From Octopus sinensis (Eukaryota), in assembly GCF_006345805.1 (NCBI RefSeq), contig NC_042998.1:113956001-114020000 (forward strand): a stretch of 64,000 nucleotides of DNA. Reading direction: 5' to 3'. This document shows positions 1-13,559 of the stretch, one piece after another. Every line of letters starts with the position of its first letter. The stretch's first letter is position 1. The translations under genes and the position numbers were made by a program. The notes beneath the pieces were generated by a model. The model ran no database searches, had not been told where the DNA came from, and saw only the letters and a list, made by a program, of their open reading frames with translations.

Positions 1-8
1 TATATATC

Positions 9-88
<80 letters not shown>

Positions 89-700
89 CATACATACATA
101 CGTATACGTACACAAACTCGTTGTACACGTGTATGTATCTCTGTGTTTGCTTTGTATGTAATTCATTCTTTTAATTTTTCTTCTTTTCACTGTTTTTGCT
201 TTTCACTTTATAATCGAATGCTAACTTTGAAAATAATATTTCACTGTGCCTTAGGCAACGCACACATTGGGAAAGATCAACGTTGCTGGCGTAACACAGA
301 AAATACTGACTTCTCTTCTAGTATAATATTGTTTTTACTCTATCTTCCACTTCACCATTGCAATCTCTAATTCATTTTCTATACCACCACCTTCACATTT
401 TCACCTTAATATCAGCTTCCCTTCTTTCTTCCTTTCTTAATTATTATTCCCTCTCTACAGTGTTCTCTCCTTCTTTCATTCTTTCTTAAATATTTATGCT
501 TGTGTTGTTCTATCAATTTTACGTATGTACTTATAATATATATATATATATGTCTATATATATATATATCTATATATATATATATATATATTTATACATA
601 CGTATATATATATACATATATATATGTATGAGTGTATATATATATATACATACATAGGTATATATACATACATACGTATATATACATACATAGATATATG

Positions 701-742
<42 letters not shown>

Positions 743-844
743 CGTATATATACATACATATATATATGTATGCGTGTATATATATATATACATACGTATA
801 TATACATACATAGATATTTGTATGTGTATATATATGCATACACA

Positions 845-886
<42 letters not shown>

Positions 887-959
887 ACATGTGTATATAT
901 GTATACACACATGTGTATATCTATTTAGAAAGATATATGTAAATATATGTGTTTACACA

Positions 960-1004
<45 letters not shown>

Positions 1005-1045
1005 TATATGTACGTATATGCATATATACATGTATGTATATATGT
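1..1045. repeat. (TA)n/(CA)n/(TACA)n compound microsatellite blocks
   Basis: Visible runs at 1-110 and 535-1045. The YIYI/CVCV ORFs here are artefacts of these runs. Confidence 0.95.
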
Positions 1046-1441
1046 CAGTACTATTTTATATACCATCATTCCATCATCATATTATTTCAAGTTGTTATTA
1101 AACTTTTTCTTTCTTGTTTTTCTTCTCAAGTTGTTCTTCATCTTAGTTTGGTTGGTGTTGTTGTTGCTATTGTAATGGATGTTGCTGTTACTGTCGTAGA
1201 CTTCATCGATGTTGTGTTTCTTGCTGTTGTTATTGTTCTCTTTCTCGTTATTTTGCATCGCTTTTTTACCAGAATTTTCAAAAACTAAAATAAGAAAAAA
1301 AAAGCAACATGAACATAAACTAAAGACAACAAACGAAAAATATAAAATAAATATCAAAATATATAAATAAATAAACGAATAAGAAAAAATACAACTTACT
1401 GCATTTTTCGCTTGTTTTCTTTAAATGTTATATAATTTATG

Positions 1442-1472
<31 letters not shown>

Positions 1473-1730
1473 ATACATGTATGTATATATATATACTCAT
1501 ATATATATTTCCTATTAATCATAGATATACACGCGCATACGCACATATGTCCACACACACAGACACACACACACACATACACACACACATACACACAGAC
1601 ATATGCGTATATTTATGTATGTATATGTATGTAAATGCTGATGATGTTTTCTTTCAGTGTTGTTAGTGGTGGTGGTGATGATGGTGGGTCCGTGTGTAGG
1701 AGTCTCTAAGTATTTTATACATTTTTCTAA

Positions 1731-1770
<40 letters not shown>

Positions 1771-1819
1771 CATATAGGTACACACACAGACACACACAGA
1801 CACAGACACACACATACAG

Positions 1820-1852
<33 letters not shown>

Positions 1853-2127
1853 TACATACACACACATATATATATATATAAAAGCGCACATTTATATATT
1901 TGATGTGTGTTCAATTTAATTCTTTTGTCAGAATATCTTAATTTTTTCGATCCGAGGTTACTTTATATAATTCTCAATCACACTTAGAGAAATATCTCCA
2001 GGCTAATTCTATGCTCAACAACTGTAAGCGTGACTCTCTTTCTCTTAGCTGTTCTTGTTGACTTGTACTTGGTCCAACGTATTATTGCTTTATTATTCAA
2101 TATTTAGATCTACCATTTGCACATAGT

Positions 2128-2985
<858 letters not shown>

Positions 2986-4257
2986 AAAACGTTTTCAACT
3001 TTTTGAAATGTTTTGCTTCTTTTATATTTCCGAATTTTTTTAATGTAATTTTATTTCGGAATCCAACAGCTTTACAGAGAGTTTTCATAAGCAAATTTCT
3101 CTTATCAGATATTTTCATAGTTCCAATCAATTTATCCTATCTAGCTTTAGCCTTATAACTTATTATTATCATCATCATCATCATCATCATCAATCTTGTT
3201 CTTGTTCTTGTTCTTGTTCTTGTTCTTCTTCTTCTTCTTTTCTTCTTCTTCTTCTTCTTCTTCTTCTTCTTCTTCTTCTTCTTCTTCTTTTTCTTCTTCT
3301 TCTTCTTCTTCTTCTTCTTTTTCTTCTTCTTCTTCTCATTCTTCTTCTTTTAAATTATACTTTCCCGATGACAAATGTTCCAGGCATATCTTGTATTGCA
3401 TTTTTCTAATGTCATATACGCTATGTATAATCTAATAAATAGCCTACATTGTGCAAAAACACCGCCAAAATCAAAGATACTCATTAGTTATTTGCTGTCG
3501 CGCGCACACGTACACGCGTGCACACACACACACACATGCACATACACATGCAGACACACGCACACACACACACACACACACGCTCACACAGAGAGTGTTA
3601 TTATCAACTTTTCTAATGTCTTCATTATCAACAACATCGCTAGAATGGCCGCCATTTTATTTGTAATTTACAGCCATTAATAATGATGCTGGTAGTTGTA
3701 TAAGTAGCAGTACTATCACTAACACTACCATCTTTATTTTCGTTGTCGTCGTCATCATCATTATCATCATCATCATCATCATCATATTAATCCTCCTCTT
3801 CATCCTCCCACTCGATCATCATTACCATCGTCGTCAGAATATTTTCAGTTACTTTGGAATCAGTATACAAAAAGAAATACTCAGGCGCGAAAATTGTTCT
3901 GCGTAGGTACCATCCTACCACTTTTCGATGCACACAGCGAGTTGTATTTCTGCAGTATACACGAATGGACAGAAGCGAATTACATATTTACGTTTTATAA
4001 AAAATTGCGGGTCTAAGAACCCAATTTCTGTGAATTTTCGCGCATGTGCAGGAAGGAATTTGCCAATGCTGCATTAGTTTTTGGTGGGAAAAATATAATC
4101 GTATACTTTCATAATCTAAGAAGTATAACAGACTTTTACACCCAATATTCCTATCCTCTATACCAGCGGTTTCCAAACTTTTCACATTGGTTCCCAACAG
4201 TAATTCTCACTCTTTTATGTAAATGAGTTTTCCACGGACCCCTTTTAATATAGTTAT

Positions 4258-4334
<77 letters not shown>

Positions 4335-4336
<2 letters not shown>

Positions 4337-4519
4337 ACAGTTTACGAAAAAAAACAAAATACGAAGACAGGTGGTGTACAAAACAAACAGATGTATTAGT
4401 ATAACGCTCAGGAATAGAAAAAAGTATTTTACGTTTCGAGCCTACGCTCTTCTACAGAAAGGGACACAGAAAAAACAAGGAGAGAAAAAATGTGGTAGTG
4501 GCTAACGATCTATCATGGC

Positions 4520-4520
<1 letters not shown>
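4335..4520 (-). mobile_element. Short hammerhead-motif element (Penelope pLTR/retrozyme-like), copy A
   Basis: Minus strand reads TTT-CTGTAGA-A-GAGC-GTAG-GCTC-GAAA-CG-TA-AAA (~4427-4460). Flanked by (TA)n on both sides and homologous to 25252-25441. Confidence 0.7.
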
Positions 4521-4557
<37 letters not shown>

Positions 4558-4584
4558 TATATATATATGTATGTATGTATATAT

Positions 4585-4870
4585 AATCAAAATTAGCAAC
4601 AAGATATCAAGAAGTGATGCTGTACGACCGTTTCAAGCGATCCAACTCATTAAAATTCTATTTAATTGTGCAGCTTTGACAGCTCTGCATTTGAATTAAT
4701 TGCATTGTTCAGTTAAATGGTGCCGTTTGAAACGGTCGTTCTGCACCACCCCTTGATATCCTGTTTCTTATTTTGATTTTATTCGCCTTACTTCGAACTC
4801 TGCACATAATACCGGATCGACTTGGTGCTTCAACTTAAGTACCTAATTCAACTGAATCTCAATTATTTTT
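4585..4870. mobile_element. Hairpin-plus-tail insertion in a (TA)n run
   Basis: ~55-bp imperfect inverted arms spanning 4585-4778 (AATCAAAATTAGCAACAAGATATCAAG... / ...CTTGATATCCTGTTTCTTATTTTGATT), followed by a unique ~90-bp tail. Confidence 0.7.
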
Positions 4871-4878
4871 ATATATAA

Positions 4879-4919
<41 letters not shown>

Positions 4920-6508
4920 GTTAGTTCACGGACCTCCAGTACTAACTTTGCAGAAACGCTGGGGTCCACGAATCCCAGGTTGAGAACCACTGCTTTATAC
5001 TCACCGAAGGTATGTGTGCATAAAATACCATGTAAGTCCCGTATTAAAATTTGTGAACAGAAAGTCTGTAGGAATGTCGCCTGAATCTGTCTGACCATAC
5101 AAAATTTATCGGAACAGAGGAGTTACCAAACTTACCACATAATCAAAATGACTCGTATTCTTGTCTAACACTATTATTGATCTACCACCTGTTTCTTGAA
5201 AGATAACCATTTCTTCGACATCTGGGATTTCGGAAGCAACACTGAGAAATTCGTAGTGAATCTAATGTATTTACGTGGATGTGTGTGTATGAGTGTGCAT
5301 GCCTGCGTGTGCGCGTGCATGTGTATGTTTGTGTCTGTGAAACAGATATACTTGGGTCCCACTTTTAGCGAGTTGATTGCTTTTCACATCTAACTCTAGC
5401 TGTTCACAATTGTTGTGTAAAATCCGAAACCCAAGGATGCCATTGACTGGATGTGTTGGTTACAGTTAGTCAATTTGAAATCTCATAGGGGGGCTCTATC
5501 CTTCCATTGGATTGAGGAGAAAACAACCTATTTCAAGTTTTGGCCTTCGCATGCAAAAGAGAAATTAAAGAAAACATGATGCTGTCGCTTGGACTGTGGA
5601 CATATCAAAAATTAAATAATGTATGTCAAGAATCAAGAAAAATATAACCATTTCTAATAGTGAATAGAATCTTGTCACTATATTAGGGTTGCTTCTTTTA
5701 TTAGTTCAACATGAATGTAATTGGTACATTGAACTCAGAATTATATTGAAATGGCGCAGCAGGCTAACCGGGTTTTGCTAAATTACCTTTTTCTAGATAC
5801 GAGTTATAAGACGGTATGTTCTTACATAATGTAACCTAAGAAATTGAACAACTTCGATTAACTGAGATTATATATGTAATTAATATATAGAAATCCTCGG
5901 TAGGGTGGGGAGCTTTGAATCTAACAACAGCAAGCGAGAGAGTTAGCATTGATAAAAGGACATCATTCAAATGTTTGGTCAAAATAGAGAGATGCAGTAA
6001 TTTGAAAGAATCTAGTATTTAAGTCTGCTATTTGGTGAACGCAGCGAAAATATTATGGCCTTATTAGGCCTCGGTGAAATGTTCTATTCTGTTTGCAACA
6101 CACACACGCTATTAATATCAACAATATGGCCGAGCGGAAAATATCTTAAGGATGTGTCTTTATATTAAATACAAAACTATATTTTATACTGTAGGGTCTC
6201 ACATGAGTTATCTAATAAGTTTGAAATATTTTGACTTTGATTATCCATGCAATTAGTAGAAACACCTCCCTCAAAAGTATTTTAAATGTTTAGGAAATAT
6301 AGAAAATGCAATTTGTAAGTAGATATCGTCTCCAGCCCAGTAATGAAGGCAATGTGTACGTTTCAGTCGTATTACATCTCTCCAGCGGAACATATTCTAT
6401 TCATCAGGAAAGACTACGTGTAATTATTATACACAGTAATGAAGAAAATGTTGGGAAGTAGATTATCTGTGGAATAATATGATTTGCTGACTGTAGTGGA
6501 CTACAATA

Positions 6509-6638
6509 TTGACGTCAAAAAGACAAATTCGACAGTTTCCTCCATATCTCTGCCATAGGCCGTCAGCTGGTAGTGACGTCACATAGAGTGCATGTCTTTC
6601 TCCAACGAATGAAGGTAGATTAACTGTTAGTGGCGTCA
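6509..6638. promoter_or_regulatory. Cluster of CRE (CREB/ATF) motifs
   Basis: Full TGACGTCA at 6510-6517 and 6574-6581, CGTCA half-site at 6561, TGGCGTCA at 6631-6638, all in non-repetitive sequence. Confidence 0.4.
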
Positions 6639-7496
6639 AACACAGAGCTTGCAAACGAATCGGATTTATCAAAAATGGGGGAGTGGGGTTAAAATATTGC
6701 TTTCATATTAATTGTCGCTAATGGGGATGTTCCTGGACAAAAGTTTTGCACCCTTTTTCCGTCTCTCCCTGTATCTGTCTCTGTCTGTAAGTTTGTGTCA
6801 CGTCTCTGTCTGTCTCTTCCTCTATCTCTGTCTGTTTGTCTCTCCCTTTCTTTCTCTCTCTCAAACATACGCGTGCTAGCGCACAGATACATACACAGAT
6901 ACACATACACACATCCGCACGCACACATGAACATAAAATTAACTAAATACAAATGTCTGTGTGTGTATGTGTGCGTGTATATAAAAGGAGACAACCTTGT
7001 CAAGATATGAAAGTAAAAGTAGAACGTTCCCAGCTAGTGCTACCTTACTTATAGGTTTACTGCATCAAGGTTAATCCGTTACTAAACAACACTACCACTA
7101 ACATCAACAACAAACACCCAATCACACATCTCATGATTCAATGACAGATTCTCGATATGCAAGAAATAGAAGTTAAATCCTTCTTAAATTATACCTTACC
7201 ACTTTAAACAAGGAAGAACACATTATATAATGTAGTCCTTGACGTACTATTTGAAAGTATGACGAGATGGTCACGGCTGGGAAACTTTTGAACATAAGCT
7301 TCAATCTGGGTTCATGTAGATTCAGAAACAACAACAATGGCAACGACAATACCACTGAATCTCTGTATGATTTAATCGTTCTACTCCAACGTAACGAAAG
7401 ATAAAAGCCACTACGCGTTCGCTCGCCTCGCTAGAAATAGCAACTAAGTCACCCCACATATTACAGTCAACTGTCAACTGTAATGAAAAGACTCTT

Positions 7497-7765
7497 TCTG
7501 GCACTACGTCGGTTGCGACGATGAGGTTTCCAGTTGTTCCGACCAACGGAACAGCCTGCTCATGAGATTAATGCGCAAGTGGCTGAGTACTTCCCATACA
7601 CGCGTACCTTTAACGTAGTTTTCAGGGAGATCCAGCGTGAGGCAGAAAATGACAAGGCTGGCTGGGCCATTGCAATACAGTTACAGCACATTTTTGCAAG
7701 CTGGATGGACTGGCGAACTTACTACCTTACGATCTTGAGCCGAATCCGCTTAACCACGCGCCTTC
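7497..7765 (-). mobile_element. tRNA-derived SINE (same family as 49123-49442)
   Basis: Reverse complement matches the tail ...CTCAGCCACTTGC...GAGCAGGCTGTTCCGTTG...ACTGGAAACCTCATCGTCGCAACCGACG and a tRNA-like head. Confidence 0.75.
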
Positions 7766-8439
7766 GGTCATTATAGGGTTTAATTTTACATCCCTCCTAA
7801 ACAACGAAGTGGTCAAGTCCGTTGACAGTTGTCTTGTTGAATACAAGTGCACCAGAAATAACAACAATAACAACCCATCACTACCAACAACAGTAGCAAA
7901 GCACAACGGACTCCCCCATCTGGTCGCTAGCTCTGCTAGAAATAGCAGCTAAATATCCCCTTATCATCTTAAAAAAAGAACATATTGATTAATGTGGCAA
8001 TAGATAAAAGACAGGAGGCTCACTTTTGGCATGTCTTTGGTGTTAAATTGTGTTTGATTTGAAGTGACCTGGGGTTGTATCAAGACATCTAAGCTTCCGC
8101 TGCTAACAATAAATGAGCGCTCAACGAGGCATCCGCTACGTGGTCGTAAACTCTATTAACAATTACAATCAATTCTCCATCAAATTTCACCATATTCTCT
8201 GGAAAATTAGTCACGCTGTATTACGGAGATTTGATTTTTGTACATAAGAAAAACATGGTGTGGTCACCGCTGGAATCATATATCTAATTGACATTATCTG
8301 ACATGAGGCTAAACAACTCCAACTCTACTAACAAGAAACCAGTATGCAACAAGGGTGTCTCAAAGAAGTCGGTCATTCTGCTAGAAATAGTAGTCAAATA
8401 TCCTTGAAATTGAGACCTTAGATGTGTAAAATGGTTCAC

Positions 8440-8612
8440 ATTTTGGGGAAGGTGAGTCAATCGTATTGACCACAAGTATTTGACTAGCACCTAATTATTT
8501 TTTGGTACCCGGAAAGATGAAGAGAAAAGTTGACTTCGGCGCTATTCGAACTCAAAGAATCAAGCGTGGAAATACATAGCACTTTATCCAGCTCTGCTAC
8601 GACTCTAGCAAT
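8440..8612 (-). mobile_element. Degenerate SINE (family of 41940-42108)
   Basis: GGAAAGATGAAGAGAAAAGTTGACTTCGGCGCTATTCGAACTCA resembles the reverse complement of the family core and B box. Confidence 0.5.
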
Positions 8613-9294
8613 TCGAAATCATACATCACCTACTAATTACACCCTATAGTCTTAATGATGGGAATTGGATAATGCGATTTAAGGTTCATTGCTTATAAGA
8701 AAAAGCCGGGATGGTCACCGCTGATTTGCCTCCTATCATAGGTCTGTTCTATCAGCGCTGATCTCGAACTAAAACTAAAAACAAGAGCAACCATTAACAA
8801 CATATCTAGCAACAACACATACAATTTCCTTCTGTTTCCATATGAGCAAACTCTTACGCTCCGACGCAATCAACCATTCTCAACCACAAACATTGTAATT
8901 TAAAGGAGGATCTCTGTGAAGGAAACATTTTTATTGTATTATATTATATTAGAAGAGTAACAATGGCGAATATGAAGAGAGAAAGAGAGAGAGAGAGAGG
9001 GAGAGGGAGAGAGAGAGAGAAAGAGAGAGTAAAAATAGCTGGATGACATTATACAGGGGTTATTGGAGTAGATGTCGAAAGCAGCGCCATTATGAGCAAC
9101 TTTCAAATGTTGATAAAGAGTAGGATTGCCCTTAGGGTCTTGTCATTGTGTAAGGGTACATATGGAATGGAGAAGTGCGTGGTTGTGCGTATGTGCATGG
9201 GTGTGTTTGTATGCATGCGCATGTGTGCGTTGGCGTATGTTTGAGTGTGTGTGTATCCGTGAGCGTGGGTGCGTCTATGTATATGTTTGTGTAT

Positions 9295-9334
<40 letters not shown>

Positions 9335-9619
9335 AAGTGTTAGTTTAGGTGTGTATCTACTTGTGTGTGTGCATGTTCTTATGAGAATAAATACCAAGGC
9401 GCATGTAATTGCCTGTAAGTCTGTACACACATGCACACACGTATGATTATGCGTGTATGTATTATATGTATGTATGTATAAATATATATGTATGCATATA
9501 TGTATACATACGTATGTATGCATGTATCGATCAATAAATCAATCAATCTCTCTTTCTCCTTGTCTCTGTCTGTCTGTCTGTCTCTCTATCTATCTACTTC
9601 CCTCCCCCCTCCCCCTCGC

Positions 9620-9622
9620 TTC

Positions 9623-9693
<71 letters not shown>

Positions 9694-9998
9694 TTAGCCA
9701 TCCATCTCCCTACCTACCTATCTACCTACATACCTACCTACCTACCTACCTATCTACCTACCTACCTACCTACCTACCTACCTACCTATCTACCTACCTA
9801 CCTACCTACCTTCCTACCTACCTATCTATCTACCTACCTACCTACTTACCTACCTACCTACCTACCTACCTACTTACCTACCTACCTACCTACCTACCTA
9901 CCTACCTTCCTACCTTCCTATTTACCTACCTATCTATTTACCTACCTATCTACCTTCCTATTTACCTACCTATCTACCTACCTACCTACCTATCTATA

Positions 9999-10064
<66 letters not shown>

Positions 10065-10082
10065 CCTATTTATCTATCTATC
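9620..10082. repeat. (CTAT)n/(CTAC)n tetranucleotide microsatellite
   Basis: Directly visible. It is the source of the [11 protein letters not shown]. Confidence 0.95.
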
Positions 10083-10850
10083 AGTCCCTCTCTCGCTCTG
10101 TCTCTCTTTCTCTCTCTCTCTTTCTCTGTCTAATCTGTATGTGTAAACGATACAATACGTGTTTGTGTATATTTTTGTACGCATGCACGTACTTGTGTTT
10201 GTATGTAGTTACTAACATATGCATATGTATATGTTTTGATGTAGTGTGCATGACTGTTTATCGTGTGATATACAGGATACATTTATGTCTCCGTATGTGA
10301 GTAATGAAGACTAGTGTCTGTGTTCGTATGCTTCTGATTATGTATGTGTTAATGTTTGTATTTATGCAAGTTTGAGAAAGCTTGTGATGTGTGCATGGGT
10401 GCATGTGCAGTGGTTTCCTGGAAAGATCTAGATAGAAACAAAGGCAAAAGAAAGAAAGAAATGGAAAAAGAACAAAAACAGAAAGAGAAGATAGATAGAA
10501 ATAGCAGGAGCTGAGGGAAGTGTATAAAACAAAAAGGACAGCGACAGAGGAGGGGAGCATGACAGAAATGAAGAGTGAAACTAAAATATTGTATAATGTA
10601 AAGAAATACCGAGATATGAGAGAGACAAAGATATATATAAAGGGAGAGAATGAGAGAGAGAGGGAGGGGAGAGAGAGAAGGGGAGAAAGAGGAGATAGAG
10701 AGGAGAGAGAGAGAGAGAGAGAGAGAGATGGGAGAGAGAGGGGAGAGAGAGGGAAGAGTGAGAGAGGTCAGGACTGCAAAATACAGAATGTGGAAGAGAA
10801 GGCAGTTTCAATGAAAGTAATACACACACATGCATGCATACATACATACA

Positions 10851-10881
<31 letters not shown>

Positions 10882-12449
10882 CATACATACATACAATACA
10901 TACATACATACATACGTACATAAACACACACATATGCATATATATATATATATGTATATATATATGCACACACATATTTATACATATAATCATATATAAT
11001 ATAAGTGTATGTATGTATGTATGTATGTATGTATGTATGTATGTATGTATGTATGTATGTATGTATGTATGTATGTATGTATGTATGTATGTATGTATGT
11101 ATGTATGTATGTATGTATGTATCTATCTATCTATCTAAATAGATAGATAGATAGACAGACAGATAGACTGTTCGGTTTATAAGATGATGCTGAGAAAATG
11201 CTATGAAAAGTACGCAAACAGAAAGGGAGTGCTAGTTGCTACTTCCTGGCCGTGGTTGGCAAGCTATGACAAACGTTTTCTATGGAAATGGCTTAGAGCT
11301 ACAGTTATTTGGACAGCTTCTATTTAGAATCTATAATAGCAAGTCACTGGTTAATCGCAGCGATCGCGGCTATCGCGTTCCACTAACTAAAGAAAGAACA
11401 GACTGATAAAGGAGTCTTTTAAAAAGAGAATAGGCGGTAAATTTACGACGATCTGCTTACAATATATATATGTATAATAACATAAAAAATAAAAGTGCTG
11501 GAAGGAAATAAATGAGCAATAGGGCCACCATTTCAAGTTGTATGGGAATACTGTTGCGAAAGCTTTTATTCAGACACACATTCGCTCGTTCCTTTCCGCT
11601 CCTATCGTCAAAAGTACAGTAATGTTGGCAATATATACAAGAGAGAGAGAGAGAGATGGAGGGAGAGGGAGAGAGACTGAGAGACGAGATGTAATATGGT
11701 CAAGAAAGATATAGATTTAAAGGATTTTGCTTGAGATTTTAGAAGCGGTAATGATAGTGGTGGCAGTGACGATGGAGGTAGGGAAGAAAATGTTAATATT
11801 CATTTTGTCTTCCCAGCGTTCCTATGTAGTGAGCGTCGTTGAATGGCGAACGAATGGAACGTGGGGCGTCTTACGAATGGATAAGATCTACATTTATTTT
11901 ATTGAGCACTTAGTATCTGTTTTGAACACTGCATATGTATGTGTGTGTGTATTTGGAAAACCTGAGAAATTTGTAAGTATTTATAATTATTTGGTGAGTA
12001 CTCTCACACAATAATACTTCAAGAAAACAAGTTGAAATCTTGTAGGGATTATTTCCTCACATATAACACTCCTATGTATTTGAGAATACACACACACACA
12101 CACACACACACACGAACACACACACACACACACACAAGTATGTGTTCGAATGCGTGAGTTTGTGTGTGTGTGTAATTAGAACAGGAAAATCAGAGAAGCA
12201 CATATGGATCACAATTTAATTCTTCTTTACAGCTATTCCATAGTTAACATACTTTTTAAATGAACAGAAATGAGAAACTCATCACGTTTAATGAATTATG
12301 TATATTAATTAGATAATGAAAGAAATGATTGATTTTACTCTATTGAAGCAGCTGTACAGAAAAACTGAAATAGGAATCAGAGTGTGAAGTGTATCCTTCT
12401 GCTTTTCTATGCTCTGTCTATGTTGCTTAAATAACCAACTCTGCATATA

Positions 12450-13511
12450 TTGGGTTGGCAACTAAGTTCCCACCGTTTTTTTTAAATTAAAATATTTTGA
12501 AAGGTTTAATAAAAAATAACAAGTAATTAATCTATAATGTATTCGCCCTTGTTGTTTACAACTTTTTTCCAACGTTCAACATGATATTCAATACCTCGTT
12601 GGTAGAAATCACCCGATTTCGTCTCGAAAAATTGATCCAACCAAGCGCTCAATTCTGTTGAGTCGTGTTGAGTCATTTCATCTGATGAACATAGAGTTCC
12701 GCGTTGACTGTTTGGTTTCGTTCAAGCAATTCGTAATGGATAATCCCTTCCTAGTCCCACCATACGCACAACATCGTGTTATGCGGATGAAGATCTTGTT
12801 TCACGCGCGGTTTCGCTTGTTTACCGGGGCTAAGCCATGACTTATGCTGCTTCATATTGATGTACAGGCACCATTTTCGTCGCCAGTAACAATTCGGTAA
12901 AGAAATCGTTGCTTGTGTCCATGATATGAACGTTGACGAGCAAGCAAACCAGCGGGGTTTGTGGCTCGTTGATTTTTGTTGTTGTCACTTAATGCATGCA
13001 GAACCCATGCTCCATACTTCTGAAACTTTCCCATCGAGTAAAGATGCTTCTCTATAGCAGAGTGGGAGCATTCCATTTTCTCTGCCAGTTTCCGTTTCGT
13101 TTGACGAGAATTTTCGTGCAAAACTTGGTTTAATCGCTCTTCATCGAACTCAACTGGACGGCCAGAACGATATGCGTCTTTGAGGTCAAAATTTCCATTT
13201 TTGATCTTGGCATACTAATCACGAGCGGTTCTTTCAGCTATGGCACCCTCTCCATACACAGCACAGATGTCGCAAGCAGCTTTTGCGGCCTTAGAGCCTT
13301 GATTGAAAGCAAAAAGGAGGTATCGAAAATGCTCGTTTTTCTTAACTTGACATTCCATTTTATTGATTTGAAAATAAACAAAAATGAACTAAAATTACCT
13401 AGAAAAAAAAACAAAACAAAATTGGTTCCAAAATGATTAAAAAATAAAAGTCTCTAAAAAAATAGATTCCAAAATTAAAAAAAAGCGCCGGGAACTTAGT
13501 TGCCAACCCAA
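12450..13511 (-). mobile_element. Mariner (DD34D) transposon copy 1, defective
   Basis: TIR TTGGGTTGGCAACTAAGTTCCC at both ends with TA flanks. Transposase remnants from ATG ~13358 include RSGRP, WVLHAL, RIVTGDE and CVWWD*. A ~210-bp deletion relative to copy 2 removes the second and third catalytic Asp region. Confidence 0.95.
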
Positions 13512-13512
13512 T

Positions 13513-13559
<47 letters not shown>

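Larger units (their letters stand above)
4164..4992. mobile_element. hAT (Charlie-like) MITE with nested insertions
   Basis: Termini CAGCGGTTTCCAAAC ... GTTGAGAACCACTG. 8-bp TSD CTCTATAC (4156-4163) / CTTTATAC (4993-5000), 7/8 identical. Confidence 0.8.
7110..8800 (+). repeat. About five head-to-tail diverged copies of a ~230-bp (AAC)n-tailed interspersed repeat
   Basis: Recurrent GCTAGAAATAGCAGC-like motif (about 7160, 7430, 7935, 8380) and GATGGTCACGGCTGG-like motif (about 7266, 8260, 8710), with AAC-rich tails. Dispersed copies near 26530, 42400 (-), 58675 and 61400. Confidence 0.6.
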
